54,717 bases of DNA. It comes from an uncultured Bacilli bacterium. Its GTDB lineage: Bacteria; Bacillota_I; Bacilli_A; RF39; UBA660. The notes under the pieces were generated by a model that was not told the DNA's origin, did not search any database, and worked only from the letters and a program-made list of their open reading frames with translations. Where the stretch lies: positions 1-54,717 of the forward strand of contig CALVRJ010000003.1 in NCBI GenBank assembly GCA_944358545.1. Direction: 5' to 3'. The first letter of the stretch is position 1, and every line of letters begins with the position of its first letter. Position numbers and translations under genes: made by a program. Below, in pieces: positions 40,295 through 50,100 of the stretch.

Positions 40295-41620
40295 TTATTC
40301 TACCCTACTTTGTTTATGAGCTGCTTTCCAAGCTTTAATTTTTTCTAAACGTTCCTTAAATCTGATTTCGTTACCTTTAGTTCCTGGTTTATAATATGTT
40401 TTGCCAATTAATGATGGTGGAAGACAGTCCATGGTTGTAAGTTTGGCTTCAGTATCATGGGCATATTGGTAACCTTTGCCATAACCTAAGTCTTTCATCA
40501 GTTTAGTTGGAGCGTTTCTAATAACTAAAGGAACAGGTTCAACTGATGTCTTTCGAGCATCTTTACTTGCAAGCATATAGGCAACATCGCAAGCATTTGA
40601 TTTTGGAGCAAGGGACATATAGATGACAGCTTCAGCTAAGTGAACGTTGCATTCTGGCATACCAATAAAATGACAAGCTTGGTAAACATTGATGGCAACG
40701 TTTAGAGCGTTTGTATCGGCAAGGCCAATATCTTCTGCGGCAAACCGGGTTATTCTTCTAGCAATATATAATGGGTCTTCGCCAGCTTCAAGCATTCTAG
40801 AAAGCCAGTAGACGGCAGCATCTGGGTCAGAGTTACGCATAGATTTGTGAAGAGCAGAAATGATGTTATAGTGTTCTTCACCGTTTTTATCGTATAAAAG
40901 TGTTTTTTTAGATATGCAGTCTTCAATTAAGTCTTTGGTTATCTTAATTACGCCATCTTTTTCTTCAGCATTTGTAACAATCATATCTAAAGTTGTTAAG
41001 GCACTTCTCGCATCTCCACTAGCAAATTCGGCAATTATTTTTAAATTTTCTTCGGAGATTTCTACTTTTTGGTTTCCAAAGCCTCTTTCGTCAGTAATTG
41101 CCCTTTTTAGTAAGGTTAAAAGGTCAGAAATAGACAATTCTTTTAAAACAAATACTCGGCAACGCGATAAAAGAGCGGAATTGATTTCGAATGACGGATT
41201 TTCAGTAGTTGCTCCAATTAAGATGATTGAGCCTTTTTCGACATACGGAAGAAAGGCATCTTGCTGGGCTTTATTAAACCGGTGAATTTCATCGACAAAG
41301 ACAATGGTTTTGACACCTAATTTTTTGTTTTCATCAGCTTCTTCCATGACTTTTTTGATTTCTTTAATGCCAGAGGTAACGGCTGAAAAGTTGATAAATT
41401 TGGATTTGGTTTCATGGGCGATAATCCGAGCTAAAGTTGTTTTACCAACGCCTGGGGGACCCCAGAAAATCATCGAAGATATATTATCGGTTTCAATCAT
41501 TTTTCTTAGAAGTTTACCTTCGCCGATTAAATGCGTTTGACCAGCAAATTCACTGAGGTCTTTTGGACGCATACGAGAAGCTAGTGGTTCGGAGTTTACG
41601 GCAAATAACGATTCTTGCAT
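40295..41620 (-). CDS. rarA: Replication-associated recombination protein A (RarA/MgsA)
   Basis: PLASRMRP, GPPGVGKTT, VDEIHRFNKAQQD, ISALHKSMRNSDPDAA. Confidence 0.96.
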   Translation of the reverse strand: MQESLFAVNSEPLASRMRPKDLSEFAGQTHLIGEGKLLRKMIETDNISSMIFWGPPGVGKTTLARIIAHETKSKFINFSAVTSGIKEIKKVMEEADENKKLGVKTIVFVDEIHRFNKAQQDAFLPYVEKGSIILIGATTENPSFEINSALLSRCRVFVLKELSISDLLTLLKRAITDERGFGNQKVEISEENLKIIAEFASGDARSALTTLDMIVTNAEEKDGVIKITKDLIEDCISKKTLLYDKNGEEHYNIISALHKSMRNSDPDAAVYWLSRMLEAGEDPLYIARRITRFAAEDIGLADTNALNVAINVYQACHFIGMPECNVHLAEAVIYMSLAPKSNACDVAYMLASKDARKTSVEPVPLVIRNAPTKLMKDLGYGKGYQYAHDTEAKLTTMDCLPPSLIGKTYYKPGTKGNEIRFKERLEKIKAWKAAHKQSRVE

Positions 41621-41635
41621 ATTTATTCCTTCTTT

Positions 41636-42670
41636 CTAATTATTATCTATTTTTCGAGCTATTTCTTCGGTTATTTTTCTTGGACCACGAATAGCTTTGA
41701 TTCCAAGATTATTTAAGGCTTGAAAGCTTATTTTACCCGGCTCATATTTTTTTAAGAGTTTTAAATGCATAATGTGTTTCATTGAAACGTTTTCATCTTG
41801 ATATGCATATGGAATGTTTACTTCGGTTACTTCACATTTATAAAGAACAGATGAGTAAGGACTGCCAACATATAAGTAAACTATATCTTTCACGTGAACA
41901 CTGCTAGATTGTTTCCAATTAATTGTTTTATCATGCTCAAAGTGAGTAATTATGTCATAATATTTAGGATTAGCCGGAACTATCCAATAATCTTTAGAGT
42001 TTACAAGGTTATAGGAAATGTCAATCAGTTTTTGAATTTTTTCATCTTCTAAGGTACCATCTAAAATAATACTAACCCAGTTTTGTTTGTTTAAATGGTA
42101 GGCAGGATATATTCCTTTGTGCTTTAAATATTTTGAAGTGTCATTATCTAATTTAAGGTCGATTATTTCACAGTTTCCTTCGCCTTTGGTAATTTTACTT
42201 TTATCTATACATACTACGAGGCCAAACCATTTACCATATTGATTTTTAAAAGCGGCATTGTTTTTCGCGTTTTCCCATAAAAATAATGGTTTTGTCTGAT
42301 ATTTTTTGATGATATATTCTGTTATTCTATTGGTCTGGTCATAAACAAAGTAATTTTCTTCAAAACAGTTTTCTTTTATATCTTTTAAGATATTTTTATA
42401 TGCTTCTTGAACGCTAATTACAAATGATCCAGGATGTTTTAATCTAATGTTAGGATATTCGTCTTTTGTTTCTAAATCATATACTTTACCGGATACTTTA
42501 CCTTGTTTATCTATAAATATTTGAGCGGTAAACTGGTTATTCATAAAGTTTTTAGTATAAATATAATCATCTTTATTTTTGAGAAAGCCATATGGCTTTA
42601 GTTTGGCAAATAAGACATGGGATTTTTTAAATACTTCTTCTTCAAGGTTCAAGATAATCACTTCCTTCAA
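41636..42670 (-). CDS. MmcQ/YjbR-family protein with C-terminal EVE/PUA-like domain
   Basis: KWFGLV, PAYHLNKQNWVSI; C-terminal YWIVPANPKYY...DIVYLYV; true start may be a few codons downstream. Confidence 0.75.
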   Translation of the reverse strand: MKEVIILNLEEEVFKKSHVLFAKLKPYGFLKNKDDYIYTKNFMNNQFTAQIFIDKQGKVSGKVYDLETKDEYPNIRLKHPGSFVISVQEAYKNILKDIKENCFEENYFVYDQTNRITEYIIKKYQTKPLFLWENAKNNAAFKNQYGKWFGLVVCIDKSKITKGEGNCEIIDLKLDNDTSKYLKHKGIYPAYHLNKQNWVSIILDGTLEDEKIQKLIDISYNLVNSKDYWIVPANPKYYDIITHFEHDKTINWKQSSSVHVKDIVYLYVGSPYSSVLYKCEVTEVNIPYAYQDENVSMKHIMHLKLLKKYEPGKISFQALNNLGIKAIRGPRKITEEIARKIDNN

Positions 42671-42837
42671 CTATATTTAATATACTATTTTTACAAAAAA
42701 AATCTAGTAGTTTTTTATTACTTACTAGTATATTTTTTGTACTAATATAAATTACTCAATAAAATTAAAAGCAATTTTATAGATGTTTAACTTAAAGATT
42801 CAGATGTTTAACCCTTAATTTTTGTTCAATAAAAAAT

Positions 42838-42853
42838 GGAGCCATATGGCTCC
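42838..42853 (-). terminator. Palindromic terminator-like hairpin
   Basis: Perfect 16-bp palindrome GGAGCCATATGGCTCC followed by a T-run on the minus strand. Confidence 0.6.
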
Positions 42854-42862
42854 TTCAGGGGG
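42847..42862 (-). other. Putative att site: 3'-terminal tRNA-like fragment
   Basis: Minus strand CCCCCTGAAGGAGCCA = T-stem half + 7-nt acceptor strand + G discriminator + CCA; no T-loop upstream. Confidence 0.45.
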
Positions 42863-42968
42863 CAATTTAATAAAAAAAGAGGATTATTAAAAATCCCCGT
42901 AATATCGACATACAATTCATTTTAAGTTTAACAAAATTTAACTAAAAAATGAGAAATTTAGCACAATT

Positions 42969-42989
42969 TGATGGGTAGCTGATGGGTAG
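42969..42989. repeat. Tandem 10-bp direct repeat TGATGGGTAG (integrase arm-site-like)
   Basis: Copies at 42969-42978 and 42980-42989, 11-bp period, about 110 bp from the att-like site. Confidence 0.6.
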
Positions 42990-43111
42990 AAATACTTATC
43001 AGATATTCCTTTTTTTATTATTTAATGACAATATGACATTATATATAGATATGGTACCAATATTTCAAATTACAGTGTTATATAGTGGTATAATACTATT
43101 AGGTGATTTAA

Positions 43112-44059
43112 ATGAGTTTTGTATATGCCAGAAAATTAAAAAATAAATTCTATATATTAGCTGATTCAAAAATAACTATTTCGGACGATGACTCTGATCG
43201 ACTTAAAATTAGAATTGGAGAAAAAGTATATAATGATTTAAAAAAATTTGGAGTAATAAAAAATGTAATAATCAACGAAAATATTTGTATTGCATCTGCT
43301 GGTGTTTTAGAAGACTTCAATGAATTATTAAAATATGTAGATACTCAAAAAATTAATGATATTAATTTAATATCACATCAAGCTTTAAACATTCATTTAC
43401 ATAATAATAAAAGAACTGATTTTATAATAGCAAAAATTGATACAAATAAAGAATTATTAGAAATTAAAAATGGAATTATATCAAAAGTAGAAACTTCATG
43501 GCTAGGTTCATACAATTGTTTTAATATATTTCAAAACATAAGACATGATAAAGTATTTAGAAATCAAATTGAAGATTCATATAGTGTACTTATAGAAGAA
43601 GATAAAAATAGAATTAATTATAATGAATTTCCACCTATAACAATAGATGATATTGAAAAAGATATAGACTTTAAAGCATTCGATAAAGCAGTAAAATCAA
43701 ATACAGATTTAACAGTTGGAGGATATATAGTAGAATGCATTGAACATCACAATAAATTTATGTATCCAGAATGCATTAATAGCACTGTAGAGAAACCACA
43801 AATTGTACCAAGTGACGGAGAAATTAATACTTATAACGAAGCTTCCGAAGGAGGATATACATATCATGCATATGAATCAAACAATAATTTTAAATTATAT
43901 ATTTATCAAATGAAAAAAGGAATTATATATGAACCAAACATTAATGATCCTAAATATAATCATTTAAGACTGCCTAAAATATATAACATGAAATTAGATG
44001 ATTTCATAAAAAATAATAATATAAAACAATCAATAACTATTAATATAGAATATGAATAA
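43112..44059 (+). CDS. Proteasome-beta/HslV-like Ntn-hydrolase candidate
   Basis: After Met removal: Ser1, Asp17 (ADSKIT), Lys49 and Gly63 (14 apart, as K33/G47), LGS, DLTVGG; extended -10 TGGTATAAT and AGGTGA RBS. Confidence 0.6.
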   Translation: MSFVYARKLKNKFYILADSKITISDDDSDRLKIRIGEKVYNDLKKFGVIKNVIINENICIASAGVLEDFNELLKYVDTQKINDINLISHQALNIHLHNNKRTDFIIAKIDTNKELLEIKNGIISKVETSWLGSYNCFNIFQNIRHDKVFRNQIEDSYSVLIEEDKNRINYNEFPPITIDDIEKDIDFKAFDKAVKSNTDLTVGGYIVECIEHHNKFMYPECINSTVEKPQIVPSDGEINTYNEASEGGYTYHAYESNNNFKLYIYQMKKGIIYEPNINDPKYNHLRLPKIYNMKLDDFIKNNNIKQSITINIEYE

Positions 44060-44159
44060 ATGCAATAAAAAAAGAGAATCAACGGATTCCCTATAGAATC
44101 GGCATATAACTCACATTGAGTTTATTAAATTTAAAATGTAATTATTAACACAATTTTAT

Positions 44160-44203
44160 GAGCAATTGATGTTTATAAATACTCGTCAGCTGCTCATTTT
44201 TTT
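44160..44203 (+). terminator. Terminator between the convergent Ntn-like and TIR genes
   Basis: GAGCAATTGA...TCAGCTGCTC imperfect stem followed by a T-run. Confidence 0.5.
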
Positions 44204-44221
44204 AAATAATATTATACAATC

Positions 44222-44737
44222 TTATAATTGATTATATTCTTTCAATTTTCTAGAATTATCAATATTATTTGATTTAAGTATTCTATTATTAAAAGCTTCT
44301 TCTATTATCTGAGATAATTGATATGAATTTGTTGGATAATTATATAATTTTGCATAACCTGATTTTACATTATCTAACAACCTATCAGGAATAGGAGTAT
44401 TAAATTGATTACATCCTGGCAAAAAAATTCCTACTAGTCCACTTCTTTTATTATTTTGATCATTTCTTAATGTAGAAGCTATCTCCCAATCTACATATTT
44501 TCTTTTATAAGTTTCTTTTCCAATCATAACAATAGTAACCGTAGAATCAGTTAAATAGTTTTCCCTTATAACACGCATAGTATATTCTGGATTGTTACTA
44601 TTAATTTCGGTTCCATATTCATTACCAACAATTCTTTTAATAAATGTATTCTCGTAAGAATTAGAATACTTTGTTACAAAATTACACACCTCATAATCAT
44701 CTTTATGATGATATGATATAAAAACTTTATGTTGCAT
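44222..44737 (-). CDS. ThsB-like TIR domain protein (DUF1863-type)
   Basis: KVFISYHH, STVTIVMIG, VDWEI with catalytic Glu, C-terminal IDNSR. Confidence 0.88.
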   Translation of the reverse strand: MQHKVFISYHHKDDYEVCNFVTKYSNSYENTFIKRIVGNEYGTEINSNNPEYTMRVIRENYLTDSTVTIVMIGKETYKRKYVDWEIASTLRNDQNNKRSGLVGIFLPGCNQFNTPIPDRLLDNVKSGYAKLYNYPTNSYQLSQIIEEAFNNRILKSNNIDNSRKLKEYNQL

Positions 44738-44738
44738 A

Positions 44739-45344
44739 TTATTTACTCCTTATCTCATCTAATTTCATTGTTAAATCAACAATCTTTACGTTAACTTTTT
44801 TAATGTCATCAATGATTTCATTATATTTTGGATATCTTTTTTGTATTTCTTGTGGATCTTCATCAGTATTTTTTTCAAGTTCTTTTTCGTACCATTTTCT
44901 GAATCTTGCTTGATATTTGGTTAAATGATTTCTTAAATCCGTATTTAATACCTCTATTAATAGATTGACCAATTTATTCACTTCTTTATCATTGTTTCCA
45001 GCTAATTCTTTAATAATAGTTCTAAATTGATTATATATTGAATACCAAGAATCATAAACCTCAGCAATTACATCATTTTCCGGATCAAAAGGAAGTGCTA
45101 ATTTTCGAGTAATTAATTCTGTCCATGCTTTATGTGCAATTTGCTTTACTTCCTTATTGCATCCAATATCTATTGTTACACCTTTTATACATATTTGTGA
45201 AACACTTATACTTTTAACCTTTTTTATTTTTTTTATTATCTTTACAATACATAAAATACATAAAATAATTATCGGCAATAGGACTACTATATTATCTAAA
45301 CCTATTGTTATTTTATATTTTGATAAAAATTTTAATATATCCAT
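44739..45344 (-). CDS. Hypothetical single-pass membrane protein coupled to the TIR gene
   Basis: Hydrophobic IVVLLPIIILCILCIV then a helical soluble domain; stop codon 1 nt before the TIR ATG. Confidence 0.75.
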   Translation of the reverse strand: MDILKFLSKYKITIGLDNIVVLLPIIILCILCIVKIIKKIKKVKSISVSQICIKGVTIDIGCNKEVKQIAHKAWTELITRKLALPFDPENDVIAEVYDSWYSIYNQFRTIIKELAGNNDKEVNKLVNLLIEVLNTDLRNHLTKYQARFRKWYEKELEKNTDEDPQEIQKRYPKYNEIIDDIKKVNVKIVDLTMKLDEIRSK

Positions 45345-45368
45345 TTACCTCTACCCTCCTAAAATAAT

Positions 45369-47162
45369 CTATAAAGAATAATAGTATTCTTTAATCTTAT
45401 TAGCCATCAATATTCTACGTTGTTTTAAGAATTCATCAAAATCATTAACTGTCATATTTTCAAATCCATCTGGTATGCAATTGATTTTCAAATTCTGATT
45501 TAACAATTCTTTATCAATAATTGATCCAATAGTAGCTTCACCATTTTTACATTGTTCATTTATCTCTAACATATAAGCATTTGGCGCTTTATTTGTTATT
45601 TGTAAATTTATTTCTGTTTGTATTAATGCAAAATTAGCAATTTGATTATAAATGCTCTTATTATTCTTCCCGTTCTTCTGTAGATAGTCTTTAGGGAATA
45701 TATGATGTACATCTCCTCTGCCTTCTACCAGTGTTCTCACTTTCATATCTTTAGATAAGAATGCACTATCATTTAAAGATATTTGGGCAATTAAATATGT
45801 TTTCCAATAAGGAGAACTTGCTACGGGAGTATTAAAGTTTTCGACTAAAATACTATTCCAGAAAGCATCACCTAAACGTCTTTCTAATTCTTCATTAATA
45901 TATTGAACTAAATCTTCTGCTTCATTTAATCTTCTAATATCTAAATCAAATTGTGATTCTGGAGATGAAGTGTATCTTTGTGTAATTATAGACATAATTA
46001 CCCATCTCTTAACAAGTCTTTCAATAATATTTGGAGCTATATTCCTTTCTCTTAACAGTAAAAATAAAATATATCCAAAATTTAGTACATTTTTAGATCT
46101 TAATAATGAATCATCTATTATTCCAGCTGATTTTAAAATCATTACATATCTTTCAAAATTAGTTTGACTAACAAAAGATTTTACTCCATCATATAGTTTG
46201 GTATAACTATCCTCTACTATATCTTCTCTATATTCTCTTGTTTCAAAATCACGACCAGATAGCAAAGAAACTAAATCCTGTAATTTACCTCTTTTGAACT
46301 TATAAGTAAAAGCAACTCTTAATACATCTACATAACTTGGTAAAAATAAATCTTCATTTTTATCTTTTATCCATGATATCTTATTAAATATTTCTTTTTT
46401 ACTAAAATCAATATCATTATTTTTTATATTTTCATAATCAACAGGTGTTTTTGCAAAATGACAAAAATAATCAATTGCTTTTCTTATATCATTTCCTTCA
46501 TATTTTTCATTAACACTAATCTTACTCATTGCAAAATCTGCTTGAGAAAGAACCACACCAGCAGAATTTATTCTTACAAATATTTCTGTTACCGTTTCAA
46601 TATCTAACATAGACCCTAATTCTATTCTGCCAATCATTATATTCTTTATAGATTGTAATTTAGTAATTTTTTTACTTAATTCATTTGCATCTAAATTAAA
46701 CTTTTGAGAATAATTACTAATAAATTCAAATGTGTTAAAACCAGGTTTCATAACTTCAGAAATATCAGAAATCCATTCTTCTTGCTTTTCAATAGCTGGA
46801 TTACAAGTTTGAAATTCCTCTGTTTGAATGTTAAAAGCGATCTTTATTCTTTTTTTCTTATAATTGTCATCTAATACTTCTTCTCCTAATAATGATGCCG
46901 TTAAAGCTGTAATTCTTTGCTGACCATCTATTAATATTTGCTTACCTTCTGATGCAGATCCGTCTTTTAATTTTACATCTGGACTTTTCCATGTAATTAT
47001 ATAGCCTACAGGATATTCTCTATATAAAGAATCAATCAAATCTCTAACTTTAGTTGTATCCCATACAAAAGGTCTTTGTATTTCAGGTATAGCAATAGTC
47101 CCATCATTAACATATCCCAAAAGAGTTTCCACACTTACATTGTTAACATCAAATTTTGCCAT
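45369..47162 (-). CDS. GmrSD-like type IV restriction protein (DUF262 + C-terminal HNH-like DUF1524)
   Basis: IPEIQRPFVW, LIDGQQR, FVRINS; C-terminal DVHHIFPK...IANFAL. Confidence 0.88.
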   Translation of the reverse strand: MAKFDVNNVSVETLLGYVNDGTIAIPEIQRPFVWDTTKVRDLIDSLYREYPVGYIITWKSPDVKLKDGSASEGKQILIDGQQRITALTASLLGEEVLDDNYKKKRIKIAFNIQTEEFQTCNPAIEKQEEWISDISEVMKPGFNTFEFISNYSQKFNLDANELSKKITKLQSIKNIMIGRIELGSMLDIETVTEIFVRINSAGVVLSQADFAMSKISVNEKYEGNDIRKAIDYFCHFAKTPVDYENIKNNDIDFSKKEIFNKISWIKDKNEDLFLPSYVDVLRVAFTYKFKRGKLQDLVSLLSGRDFETREYREDIVEDSYTKLYDGVKSFVSQTNFERYVMILKSAGIIDDSLLRSKNVLNFGYILFLLLRERNIAPNIIERLVKRWVIMSIITQRYTSSPESQFDLDIRRLNEAEDLVQYINEELERRLGDAFWNSILVENFNTPVASSPYWKTYLIAQISLNDSAFLSKDMKVRTLVEGRGDVHHIFPKDYLQKNGKNNKSIYNQIANFALIQTEINLQITNKAPNAYMLEINEQCKNGEATIGSIIDKELLNQNLKINCIPDGFENMTVNDFDEFLKQRRILMANKIKEYYYSL

Positions 47163-47177
47163 TTTTTCACCACTTTC

Positions 47178-50100
47178 TTACATTTCTTTTATTGAATTTT
47201 CAATATGTTCAATTTCTTCATCAGTTAATTCATATTTCAAATATAATTGTTGATCTATTTCTTTTATTGACTTACTCCAATCAATATCAGAGTTTTCTGA
47301 AATATCTTGAATAGGAACATAATCAAATGTCTTTGATGTTGCATCTTGACTACTTTTTAATAAACTATGTAAATATCTTAAAAATTTTGTTTTTAAATAT
47401 TTTGATAAATTATTAGCTTCATTTTCAGTCATTCCTAAATCTGCGCCTATAGTTAAATATGATTCAGTACAAATAGTATTAGGTTCTCCGACAAAAGAAT
47501 TCATATTATCATCATTTAACTCAGTTCCAATATTATTAGCACGAGGAATAAATACTTTCCAATTGTTAACCCATTCATTATGATTTAAAATGTTTTTAGC
47601 ATTTGTAAATTTAATATTCTTTCCTTTTATATAGCACTTAATATTATTAGTTTTACTTTTGTCATCCACTAAATTTTTACTTCTAGCAAAGTTACCATCT
47701 AAACCAAAAGGTTTTCTTGATGAAACCAAGTCAGAAAAACTTCTAAAAAATTCATTTTCTTTAATTTTTAAAAGTATAGATTCTGCATGATTATCTCTTA
47801 TAAAAACATTATCATCAAATAGTTTCATATTTCTATACATATCACTCACTATATTATTATCTTTTCGTGAAATAACTCTAACTTTGCTATCTTGGTTATT
47901 GTACTCTTTATCCCATAAAAGATAACAAACACCACCACGATTATTTGTGTTAGGAAAAATATCTTCAGGTGTTAAACAATCATTTATTTCTTTAATATTA
48001 ATGTCATTTAACATAGAAATTCTAAAATCGTCTAAACCTTTTCCGCCAACATACCATCTTGATGGAATAATTAAAGAGATGTATTTATTAGCAATGCTTC
48101 TGCTTATATTAACAAAATCACTATATATTGGTCTTGCACTTGCACCAGCTCCACCATCTGCTTCTTGATATGGAGGATTACCAACAACAATATCAAACTT
48201 CATTTTTCCATCTCCTTCCACATATAACAAATTATCTTCTAACATAATCTCTGACATTTTTTTATTTTGTAATAAATATTTTTTTATTTTATTTAAATCT
48301 AAATTGTTATTTTCTTTAATGTTAAGTAAATCATACGATGTAAAACTTGTTGCAATATTTTCTACATTCAAATTTAAAATCTCATATACTTTTCTTGTAA
48401 ACTCATATGCAATTTTAGATGTAGGTATCGAATATAAACAGTTATTAATCAATTCTTCATTTAAATTTAATTGTTTTAATTTAGAATACATTGCTATAAT
48501 GAATTCTCCTTCTTTACTAGCAATATCTAAAATATTTGAACCGGAATTTACCACATTTATAATATCACTATCTGGTATTGTAGATATCATTTTATTACAT
48601 ATTTTATTTGGTGTAATTATTTCTGAATCAGATAATTTGTCAAATTTATTTATAGCTATTAACGCTCTATCTATTTTATTTAATGATTCATCATTTGATA
48701 ATTTATTGATGTTTTGTATTTTATAATCTAGTTGACTCAAAACAAACGGATCAATATTTTCATAAATTAATTTTAATATATTAATGTCTAACTCTAAATT
48801 CATTAAAATTCTTTGATTATTTGAATCTTCATATGTGCCAATAATATTTTTTAATGAACTTAGTTTACTATCTGATAAGAAAGAATAAAACAAAATTCTG
48901 ACATAATAAGTTTTAAATTTATTAATAATAATTTTCTTTAAATCATTACTATCAGTAGTATTATTTGACGAATTGTTTTGAGTATCATTGTTTTGATTTT
49001 CTAATTCATCATCAAATTCTAATGATAATTCTTCAAAATCGTCTACTTCATCATCTGTATTAACTAGTTTTAAACCACCTTTTGAACCAAGCTCAGCCTG
49101 TTTCAATATTATTTCTCTTATTTCATCTATATTTAATAACTTAAAGTCAACAGGCAAAGCGTTTGATTCATCAAGAACACTTCTTGAATTTGAATAATTA
49201 CTAATATAGTTCATAATATCTATTGCTGTTATTTGTTTTAATTTATTACTATCAAAAACAATAATCGGTGAAATATTCAATTCATTTTCTAATCTATCTT
49301 TTAATTTATCGTTACCATTATTTTCAGTATTAACATTGTAAATTAAAGACTTTGTTTCTTGCATTATAAACATTCTATTTGGATTAAAATCAACTAATAA
49401 TGTTTGTGGTTTCTTATTATATTTAATAATGTCACCATCTTCAGATACATATTCTTTTACATATTGATTTTGTAACCTAAAAATTGCTTGATCATATTCT
49501 TGTGGAGATGATGTATCTTTCAAATAAATCATTGTGTCCCATTCTTCGACAGTGCTTCCTGTTAACATTCTGTTAACGGTTAAAGTTATTGTTTTTTTAT
49601 TGTTTCTTTCACAATTTTTAATTGCATATTTTATATCATTTATATTTCTATAGGAATTAGATTCATCAACTCCTGAAATATTAATAATTTCATATTCATT
49701 TAAATTTTTAAATTTATCTTTATTGTCTTTTATTAACTTTTCAAACGAATCACATGAAGCACAAAATGGTAAGACTACTACAATATGTCTGCACATTTTT
49801 CCTTCTTTTATTTTATCAAAATCTAAAAAGCCTAATACTTCATCATCATTTTTACTTCCATCAATAACTTCTAATAAATCTAATATTTCAGTTTCATATT
49901 TAAATTTTTGATGTTTCCCTTCAGAATTTTTTGTTATTGATAAAGGTCTAAACAATTCAGAAAAAGCATATGTTATTCCTAATTTCTTTAATTCTAGTAA
50001 TTTTTCTCTAATTGATTTATTTGGATTAAATGCAAATCTAACCATTTGTGGAAAACCATAATAAGGATTTTCCCATTCTTTGTATGAATCATCTAATATA

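Noticed and set aside
42838-42910. Complete tRNA gene
   Set aside because: Only about 16 nt resemble a tRNA 3' end; no T-loop, anticodon arm or D-arm can be built.
44222-45344. Canonical Thoeris type I or II
   Set aside because: No SIR2-SLOG or Macro-domain ThsA motifs are visible in the partner or elsewhere in the window.
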